Shown here: piece by piece, positions 54,478 through 64,000 of the stretch
Layout of the letters: every line of letters starts with the position of its first letter
How positions within the stretch are numbered: position 1 is the stretch's first letter
Assembly (NCBI GenBank): GCA_000934665.2
Contig: KZ538224.1
Span: 248,001 to 312,000 of the forward strand
Reading direction: 5' to 3'
Length of the DNA stretch: 64,000 nucleotides
Source: Catajapyx aquilonaris
Taxonomy: Eukaryota
Program-made: the position numbers and the translations under genes
The notes under the pieces: model-generated
Told to the model about the DNA's origin: nothing
Seen by the model: only the letters and a program-made list of their open reading frames with translations
The model's database searches: none

Positions 54478-54762
54478 CACTCTAAAAGATTTCGAGTGTT
54501 TTTTCACTTGATCTGTGTGATTCTCACTCTTCTACAATACTTGATTTGACTTCCACTCGTTTTGAGTGAAAAGCACTGTCACTCGAGTGATTTGCACTCA
54601 AAATGAGTGATAACTTCACTCTTTTCACTTTTCTTACGAATAACTTTTCATTCCGACGATGTGAGTTAAAGTAAATATTTGCCTAGTGAAATTCACTCGA
54701 AATTTACATTTTGCGAAATTGCTCCTTTTTGAGTGAAATTTTCACTCGATTTTTTAAGAGAG
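54478..54762 (+). mobile_element. CACTCT-terminal MITE, copy 2
   Basis: TA|CACTCTAAAAGATTTCGAGTG ... CACTCGATTTTTTAAGAGAG, with inverted termini. Colinear with 9444-9753. Confidence 0.8.
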
Positions 54763-55257
54763 TCTGAAAATGTGTCAGTTGACGAAATTTTTGCGGCCTT
54801 AAATTATAGTGCGGTGGCGTTTTTGGAAACAACCAGCTCAAATATACTTTTGAATATAAATAATTAACACAAAATTGTGTGCACGCGTTCATTGCTTTTT
54901 AATGCACTGACAAAATGACTTTGCAAATTCGACCTCCATTGCCAGGATAATCCGTGCAATGCGAATGTGTGTTTTGCACCAGGTAGGCCACAAAATCCGT
55001 TTGCAAAGTGTTACGAGCCTGGGGAAACCCATCAGACATCCCCCGCCTTCCCTTTATATATTCCTCCTGGGCTAAACCCATTTATCTGGCCTCGTCCCCG
55101 CGTAAAATTATTTCGAAATTAACCGTCAGCCAGGGTTGTAAATGAGAGGGAAGCTAACGGGGCGCCTGCATGTGATGGAAGGCATCTGCGGTAATCTGCA
55201 TGTTGGGAGAGGTATAGTTGAGTAGATGGGAGGGGGTACTCTTCTCTCGTGTGTTTT

Positions 55258-55269
55258 NNNNNNNNNNNN
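55258..55269. other. Assembly gap (12 N)
   Basis: Run of N next to poly-G. Single N calls also occur in other G/C homopolymers. Confidence 0.95.
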
Positions 55270-58200
55270 GGGGGGGGGGGGCACCAGCTTGTGCAATAAG
55301 GAGGGCTAATACTTTCACCGGGGGATAATGTTAGCTGTCACCATCTGTGTTGCATGACGTTCTTAACCAACCTTACCTCATCAATTTTCCCACCTCATAT
55401 TCCTCAAAGTGGCTGCATCCGGGCCTAACACTGGGTGTTTTATAACTTTACGGCCAGCATTATGGCTCCAGCTTATACAAGCGGTTGCAGCACATTCCCC
55501 GCAAGGTGTTTTTAAAAATGCTGTTACATTATGGAAATAAAATAATAGGTAATACGTTGTGTTTCCCCAAACAAAATGTACGTTAGAACGTTAGAAACGT
55601 TAAAAGATTTAACAATTTGGGAAGTAGTTTTTCCTATAACCATATTCGTACAAGAAGTAACAGGATAAGCTTGTCCGAAACATTTATTGACGTGCAGTTT
55701 TGTAGGAGAAATTACTGCGCGACTGTTACTGTTGGCGAGCTTTCTCCAAAGAGAACTGTTAAAGTTAGTTGGAGTCCGAACCAAACCGAAGCAACTTTGT
55801 GACCCGCCTCCCCCTTTGACATGTATTGATGGCATCCACCCCCCACCTTTCTCCCATTGCCTTTCCCTCCAAACCAATTTTCACCCACGGAAGAAGAATT
55901 GGTAGGAGACGTGAAGTGCTTGCAAATGGAGATGACCACACTATTGCCTGGGACCGCTCTTTTTTGTGGACTCTGCCTTTGCCTCTCTGGCCTGTCCCTT
56001 TTCCTAATGCATGGTTGTTCCAACAGGGAAGAAACACTGCTATATTAGCTTTCCAATAAGAAGAAAGTATTAGGTTGTGGTTGAAAGTAACCGCTACACT
56101 TTATAAAAATTATGTCAATATTACAGGCTTGGAGCACGCACTACATAATAAATTATCGAGACAATTGGGCGTAGGCTATGTCCTCATTGAGTTTCCTGAA
56201 TTTTTGAGATAAATAAATAAAATATGAAATACACAAGTGAAATTAAGAATTAATACAATATAATAGAAAATTTAAAAATAACGAAAGAAAATATTTGTTA
56301 CGGAAAGTGATAGTCTATATACTATACTTATGAGTAGGAAATGTAGATATATTTAGTTCAATAATATCTCACATCGAGCAACTTTGCCAGGAAGAGCAGC
56401 AGTTACTTTCAACAGCTCTATAAAATAATGACACCGCAGGCTAAGTAAGCAAAATTTCTGCAATGACACAATGAGTGCTTCATGTTGAACACTTTGTATA
56501 ACTTTTCTCTCTCCAACGTGACACGTGCCATTCGAATCCTTATTAATCCAGTGCCAAACGCTGCAACACGCACTGCTCTTCTCTCTCTCTATTATTGAAT
56601 TAACCTGTTTTTGCTATTAAAATTCCGGGACGTGGAAATACTTTTCCAACAATTCGTTACAGAATTTTGTACAGTGGAAATCCATTAGAGCGGAATGTCC
56701 CCATGAATATCCCCCCCTCTTTTTAAACCTACAACCGCCAATATTCTGTCGTACTCCCTGGGGGCAATGCATTATTTTGCATTAGAGTGGCAAACCCGCG
56801 CTATTTTTTCTCAAAAAGTCTCGCGTGGTAAACACACGCAAATGGCATTTAAAATTAGTGCGTTTAAATTACAAACCGAGGTCATCGCTTTTCAGCAAGC
56901 CTGTATGCTGCTGGGACGGTTCACAAAAGAGGATTTTTTGGAAAACCGTCTGCTGGGCCTCCCATACAAATGTAAAGCGAAGGCAACAAGAAGTTTTTTA
57001 TCCGGGGTTGTAAAAGGCAGATTAAATAATACCAGCAGGGCAGGAGAGAAGGGTGGGGTCCACTCTTATTTGAATTCAACCGGCAAACGAGACAGAGAGG
57101 AAGAATGGGATGATGATTTATGAGTGCAGCTCCCATATATAGTAATGGCTATGTCGTTCATTTGTTCCCTATCGTTCAATATCCTCCCTTCCCCTATACT
57201 TCTTTGCTTGCATCTGCTTTAGGGTATAGGCAAGCAGGGGAAATATGTCCGGAGGGGAACTAGTGGCAGGAACACCAATAACGGGTCCAGAAATGTTGAA
57301 AAATGAAGTCGGACGAGACGGGCAAGATTTTTCTTCCGAGCCAGTGTCCAACATTGTCCAGTGTTTGGCCACTGCCTCTGGATCTACTTCATTTTCTCCG
57401 CTCCAATAATATATATAGAGCTGGATGTGTTTCAGATCGCTCCATCGATCTATTTGCGAAGCCGGAGGAAAATTCCGGTTTCCCACGCCTGTTTTTGATC
57501 GAGAGAGGAAAAGGCAAGGAGCGGCGCTGGCGATAATTGATAGATCATTTCCTTGGCTTTGGGAGTGGAAAATGAGGCAGCCTTTGCTTTTCTGCATCGC
57601 GGTGGCGTAGTACCTAGAGCCGTAAGTAATGATTGATTGCGGTTGGACCACCCTCGAAGGAGGATGATGGCACCGCAAGGCACCATTATTTTCCACCAAT
57701 ATCGCCCGGTTATTTTTGGAAGAGGGGGGGGGAGTGCTCATAATCGTGTTTGTTACATTGTGCGATGAGGGTTCAGAAAGAGCACAGAGTGAGTCGTCAT
57801 CATTATGCAGTTTTCTAAAAAAAATACGGTATATATAGTTTTCATGATGATTAATTATTAGTTTGTCAGAACTGTCCTTGAAATAATATATCTATAAACA
57901 GTAACTTAAATGTAAAGCTTTTCTTGTCCATGTATGGGTATAAAATTGGTTCGAAATTAGTAGAGTGGGGCAATGTGATATGAGTGAAATGAAGTCTGAT
58001 TGTTTGTCCAGGTTTGGTTTCCATGTCAACAGCGAGGTTACTATGAAAACCATGGAGTTGAGGTGATGACTCGCTCCGGACAAACAAACATACTGATTAT
58101 ACCAGCTTTGCCCAGCTTTGGCAATAGGTTCACAAGTATAAAATAAAATATTCCGCTTGTTACGAAGATAATTGCGGACTTCATGTAAAACACGCTGAAT

Positions 58201-59274
58201 CATTTATTTGAAAAACTGGTCGGTAATTTTTTTGAATCCGGCTACAAATCGACTGGCATCATTTTGAGGCTCCGATCATTATTGGTGACTGATTGGACGC
58301 ATATGGCGCTCCATAGCCGGGAGCGTAAATCACACAAAATATTTCGACCACTTTTTGTATGTGTGTGTGTGTGTATTTTTGCGCGCAAGTGTTGCGCTCA
58401 TTTGTTTGGCTAAAAATGCAACAAGCAGCGGTTTCCGTTTGCAGTCGGCTTGTCACTCCGATGCGATTTCATACCGCGTCCACTTGGCTTTGTTGCCTGG
58501 AAAAACATGACTGTCAGGCACATTTCGCACACACACACACATACAAAAAAAAAATCATAACCGCCTGGGCCACGCCCGGCTTATGCAAACTGCAATAAAT
58601 TTACTGTCACGCGCACGTCAACAAAACTTCACAACTAAAACTTTTAATGACTTTTGGCACCTTGTTTATGAAGTGTGGTTCTCCCCCGATCTGAATGGGT
58701 CCAACCAATTTTTTGGTGGGGGTCCAACATTGGGTGTGGGTGGGGGGGGGGGGGGGGNGGGGGGGGGGGGTGTTAGCCTGCAAAACAACGAGGGATAATC
58801 TACAGTGACGTTTACAGGAAAACATTTAGGAGCGCGGATGGCGGAGTTGCCGCCTGGCACAACAAAAGAGGGGAGATGATGGATGGATTTAATTCAAATC
58901 AAGCTCATTACACGACCAGCAGCGGGGTAATGCAAGAGACTGGAAGGAGGGAGGGCTTGGATGGGCTAGAATAATAGCCGGGGCCAGGTTGCGAATGTTC
59001 AAGTGATATTACCTCAAATTAGGCGTAACACGAGATTTTCAATCTCCCTAGCCCCTGGGCCTCCCAGCCCTTTTGTTGGAGCTTGCAGCACAATAGCTCG
59101 AGGGAGGTGTAGCTAGCTGGCCCTCCCCCGATTATTCCTCCCAAAAGTGTGGCAGCTGGAAAGGGACTGTCCAGATGGGCATTGTTGGACTCCGCATAAT
59201 AATATCTAAAAAGAAAAGGACAAAGGATTTTGCACTCGAGCGTGCAACTTGAGCCATTGTTCCAACTATTTCCA

Positions 59275-59399
59275 CACTCTGGGATATTGTCACATACAGA
59301 AAAGACTGACTCGCGTAAGGCTAATTTCAGCCATGAGCCATGTCCAGGATGCAAAACCACAATAACGTTCTTTGCCCTTCAGCTGCAATGGGGGTCCTA
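59275..59399 (+). repeat. 125-bp direct repeat, copy 1
   Basis: Identical to 59793-59917 except for 2 substitutions. Confidence 0.95.
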
Positions 59400-59510
59400 T
59401 AGATGGGTCAATAAACGATCGCAACCGCTTTTGGACGTCCATTCGCGCAGGACACACCCCCTTCCCACAACGTTGCCAAGTTTCCGGCGGGAAATGCAAT
59501 CGCGTCCATT

Positions 59511-59708
59511 TACACCCGTGGCCTCAGCTGTTCTTTCGGTAGCTCTGGCAACGTCGCAGAGGGGCTCACCTGCCTCTTTTTCTCTCTTGAAGTAAGTGTA
59601 CACCCGATGGACGACTTCTCGTGTTTGGCTTCTCAACGTCCTCCTCTTCCGAGGGCCATCGCCTACTTCCTCAGGAGGGTCCAAGCCAACTTTGCGACAC
59701 GCCGCCAC
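59511..59708 (-). pseudogene. N-terminal fragment of an IS630-Tc1/mariner-like transposase
   Basis: RKRRTLRSQTREVVHRVYTYFKREKEAGEPLCDVARATERTAEATGV resembles the recalled N-terminal HTH region of arthropod DDE_3-type transposases (L.SQ.RE.. ..VY.YF.RE...ERTAEA.G). No ATG start and no catalytic domain. Recognised from memory, not by search. Confidence 0.65.
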
Positions 59709-59792
59709 GGTAAAGTGCAGATATCTGCCTCGAAATCATCCAAAAGCTCTACTTGGAGGCGGCCATACTTCCTGGATCTTGGCCAGTGTTAG

Positions 59793-59917
59793 CACTCTGG
59801 GATATTGTCACATACAGAAAAGACTGACTCGCGTAAGGCTGATTTCAGCCATGAGCCATGTCCAGGATGCAAAACCACAATAACGTTCTTTGCCCTTCAG
59901 CTGCAAAGGGGGTCCTA
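59793..59917 (+). repeat. 125-bp direct repeat, copy 2
   Basis: 518 bp downstream of copy 1, with 123/125 identity. Confidence 0.95.
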
Positions 59918-60443
59918 GCGTACATTTTGCAAACCCGCGTAAAAAATCGTCCTTATTTTAAAATAAATTCTGGTTCTCTTGTTTCAAGAAATACACGTAT
60001 TGGTTTTCGAGCTATGATCGACCTAACATCATATTAATTATACGGTATTGTGTTGCCTTCTGTTTGACGTCACTGTGGCCAAACAGATCGATGCAGAGGC
60101 AGGAACGCACCCGACTGCTTTGTCCCTTTGTTTGTTTTGTTGGCGACTCTATACAGTATAGTAACATAATCTAACCAAAATCGAACGGACCGCCAGTAAA
60201 GCAGGTGAACCGGTCTGCTGACGTCACTGTGGTCAGGCAGGAGTGGGAATACGCCCTTTAGGCCACGCCCCCTATTTTCCCACCAATTTGAAAGTGACTT
60301 TTAAACCCGCGATAATTATTTATGGAGGAATGACATTTTGGTGCTGAAAATGGGTGGAATGCTTGTTTACATTTGTGTGGGTGACCTATTCGTGTACAAC
60401 TCTCCCAAATCCCTGACCGATCCCTGACCAAGGCTAGGTCCCC
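59908..60443. mobile_element. Probable MITE with GGGG(T/A)CCTAGC termini (Kolobok-like?)
   Basis: GGGGGTCCTAGC at 59908 and GCTAGGTCCCC at 60433-60443, followed by ATTAA. Two internal TGACGTCACTGTGG copies (~60065, ~60219). The left TTAA is not intact. Confidence 0.4.
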
Positions 60444-61642
60444 ATTAATTTTTTTTAAATGGAGCACAGGTAGTGTCTTGGCCACACCTTTTCCCTGAGG
60501 CGGGTTTAATTCTGTGTATAAGATATGCCCGTCCATGCTTTGCATGATGCGATCCATTCATGATTCTCCTTTGTCAGGATTAGTCTCTAGAAAGAATGGG
60601 AAGCATTTCTTTTGCTCTAAGTGCTTCCGAGGCGTGAATTAATTTCCCAAGAAATTGTTATTGCCTGGATATCATCCGGAGTTGCATCAATATAGTTGTG
60701 ATTTATTTCAACAGATCTAAACACAGTATTGGGAGGGGCTTCTCTCTTCAGCGTCTTTTCGTTTTCCAAGGCTGCCCCATGAGATCGATGTGCTTCATAT
60801 CCCCGAAATGAAGGCCAAATAATGCGGGTCCAAGCTGCTCAGCATTCAGACTAGGACGATTCCCAAGCGTCGAAGGAAATTAGGCCCCCCCTTTCCTCTC
60901 ACTCCATGGAGTCCTTTTACATATAGCTCTTCTTCCCCCCGTTCTTCCTCCTTTCGTCAGCACTTTAATTATGCTCCATGCACATCTTCAGAGATTGCAG
61001 GCTAAGACTGATTGGAGGGACCCTGGCTTGCCAAGAATCCATGTCACATCGCACTCTTCTCCTTTGGAGCTTGAACCGTGAACACACAAAGCTTTTTCCC
61101 CCCTTCTGGAATAAAGAGTAGAGATTTGCGCTGTAATTGTTTTGCACGCAGTGTTTGCAAGTGAAGCTGTCAGGTGCACTGCTGCTGATTTTTGTGCATA
61201 AAAAACTACCTTTGCGTACGGTGCTCGAAATTGCCTGGAGCGAGCGTTGTATGATATTATTTAAAATTACAGTGACTTACGTGCGCCAAACGGTTGCTGG
61301 TTTAATTTTTATTGCCATAAAAAGTTAGTACATGGGCATAAAAATTTTATAAAGGGCAGTGCATTCAAAAGCAGGTGCGTGCGGTTGCGATGATGATGAA
61401 AATCAGGGTACTGCATATGTACCGTACTATACGAGGCACAAAGAGGGCGCTCAAACATTGTACAGGTATAGAGCGAGCTGTTGATTTTTAGCATCGATAT
61501 ATAGTTTCGCGAACAAAGCAGCCTTTTTGAAATTAATTACTACATTTTAAAATGTACACTGGAAACATTTCGCACAAAAAGAGGTGCAACCGCAAGCTTT
61601 GTTGCTCTATGTAGAAAGCTCAGCTTTGAATTTAATGTACCG

Positions 61643-61713
61643 TACTGTAAGAGGTAAATTCCACGGTGTGTAATCATTATTATTACACACCATAGAATTT
61701 ACCTCTTACAGTA
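61643..61713. repeat. 71-bp near-perfect hairpin (mini-MITE or hairpin RNA candidate)
   Basis: 32-bp arms, TACTGTAAGAGGTAAATTC(C/T)A(C/T)GGTGTGTAAT, with a 7-nt loop, 2 mismatches and TA at both ends. Confidence 0.85.
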
Positions 61714-64000
61714 AATGTTGTAATGTTCTGTAAATTTCACTGTATGTCTTTTCAATTTACAGAACATTACATGTACTTTCAGATTTTATTTCATGCGGTA
61801 CAGTATTTGCCTCGAGTGAAATGTACAGTACAAACCGACGTTTCTCAGTGTATCTCTGTTTCCTCCGGCTGTATATTTGTTCTGCGTGTGGTATGCCAGA
61901 TCCCGAAGCCTTGAGTCACTTGAGAGAGTTCAGTGGCAAGATGTGAGGAACGGGAAAAGTATACAAGCCCGGAGAGGGCCACAAAAAATTTGAAAACGAG
62001 GAGGCCAAAAAATAAGCTTGTTACTCTCAGTCTTGATGAAACGAAAACACAAGGAAAAGTCCGCGGCCAAAAAATCTGATTAATTTTCACACCCTTGGAC
62101 AATATTGGTCCCCTTTTCAAAACAGACTTGGGAAGGATTAAGTTCTCAAGAAGAAATGAGAAACATGCGGTCGTTTTTTGTGTGAGAGAGAATCACACGT
62201 GCGCAGAGAAGCCTGGAGGTCAGAAATCTCAATTTTAAAGATTGCCCGGATTTTCCTGGAATCCTATAACCACATAAGTGAATCCCACAATTCATTGCAA
62301 AAAGGGTGTAATATTTCACTGTCACGTTTTTTTTCCAAAATTAGGAGTGGTTTTACCCATTTTCTGACGTCTAGAACCCCACAAGTCTTTAATCACTTTT
62401 AGGAAACGCTGATAAATAATTAAGAGCGTCAGATTTATTTACGCGTGTGTCACGGTCCGTTCCGCTCGAGTCACAATTGTCGGCTACCCATAAACACTTT
62501 GATGAATTCGGGCCTTAATCTTTCACATGGCTGCTGAAACCACTGGGCTTTTCCTGGAAACCTGTAGCAACTTTCTCCCCACACACCCTCCCTTTTACTT
62601 TCCCCCCTTCAACCGACTCTTTTTTTTCCTCTCCTTTAGATAAAAGGCGTTAATCTCCCCACGTGATCTCATCAATCATTCTCTAACGTCACCAACGTCC
62701 CGGAGTTAAGTTGAAGGCAAAGTTGAAAGTCCTGAGGGTTTCCCAGCAAAACCAGGTGAGAGAGCTACTTTTTTTTCGGAAAAATAAAATCGGATTTTTT
62801 TTTGGGGGGGGGGGGAACCGTGGTGTGGATGCACAGCAACCCGAAATTCCATTGCCCTTGTTTGAATTTATTATTACCGCGGCACAACGCTTAATTTCAT
62901 ATTGAAATGTGAGCCCGGTGAAGGGCTATTCTTGCATACTTGTGGCAGGGTTTGGATAATTTTTGCAAATCGATTCCCAGAGCGGAGGATTTTTTTTTTA
63001 AATATTGGGGAATATTCGCGCTGATTTCCATGCAAATTGTAATTTATTGACCGTGCCTTTTAAAAATTATTTTTTTAAATGAACACAAACCTGACGGAAT
63101 ATTCTCTTATACCGATGCACCAGATTCTGCTGTTTTTTGGGAGCTACCAGAACAGTTCCCGATATTGAATTTTTAAATTATCAATATTCATGCTCTGTGC
63201 GGAATTAATGCTTGGTTAGTTTGAATCTCAATGGGGATGCTGCTCATAATTATTTTGAATGGTTATCGGTGGATATTCATATATGTACACCTGGAGCCAA
63301 GAACTAGAGGAATCGGGAAATATTTTGAATGAAAATATCAGTCAGAAAGTGAGAGAAATGTGTTAACCCAACTCCAATTAAATCATGCGGAATGGGAAAT
63401 AATATAAAAATACCAACGGAATGTTGGCCTAAAAGGATTGCTCCAGTTAGTATTGATCATAGTTAACTAACATTTCAAGAACATAATTCACATTCAGAGA
63501 AGATGACTGAAATGGAACCGAAATTTACATAAAATCCCATGTTGGACTCAATATTCAGTGGGAAAGTTGTTAATTTAGTACTAAATTAACATACTACCTG
63601 GCAATTTAAAAATAATATTTCGAATTAGAATGTGCAAAAAATTAAAATGGGACACAAACATTTATTCCGCTTTTTCAATAGTTTTATTCATTTAAATCTT
63701 AGTGTGTTCACACTCTATACTATACGTGCAAGGAATCAAAGATTACATCGAAATGACCCGGAATCCAGGAGAAACTCTCTAGAATATCGGAAAAGTAAGT
63801 CGATCGCAGAACTATCATTTTGAGTCCGGATTCCGATCGGTTGTACCCATCAGTGTCCCCCTCCCTTGAAAATCTGAAAGCGTTAATTAATTCCCACATG
63901 CCCCATTATGCAATTACCCTGTGAATGAGACTGGGGTGGGTTTTCTGCTCGTAAACTGCCTCCGCCAGTCTTTGGAGAAATTGATTTAAGGAGCAGTTTA

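Noticed and set aside
57169..57741. 190-aa ORF (minus strand)
   Set aside because: No recognisable motif and no splice or codon support.
59275..59917. LTR retrotransposon or TRIM interpretation of the direct repeats
   Set aside because: No TG...CA termini, primer-binding site, polypurine tract or outer TSD, and the interior resembles a DNA transposase.

Overview
Eukaryotic genomic DNA, probably from an arthropod (inferred from the gene and transposon styles), and mostly non-coding. The only protein-coding gene I can support is the 5' end of a discoidin domain receptor (DDR)-type gene on the minus strand. Its signal-peptide exon (12127-12034) splices in phase across a 10,455-bp GT-AG intron to a 106-bp exon (1578-1473) encoding the start of the discoidin (F5/8 type C) domain, and the gene continues past the left edge of the window. 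The remaining ~51 kb upstream has no credible ORF and looks like gene-poor regulatory or intergenic DNA with many small non-autonomous transposons. These include Helitron-like elements with shuffled modules, TA-flanked MITEs, a hAT-like MITE, a tRNA-derived SINE with a 14-bp TSD, a truncated non-LTR 3' end, foldback hairpins, and a Tc1/mariner-like transposase fragment between two 125-bp direct repeats. I found no convincing evidence of a new multi-gene system. The most unusual items are the modular or fused Helitrons, the repeat-flanked transposase fragment and the foldback structures. All alignments were done by eye and no database search was run.
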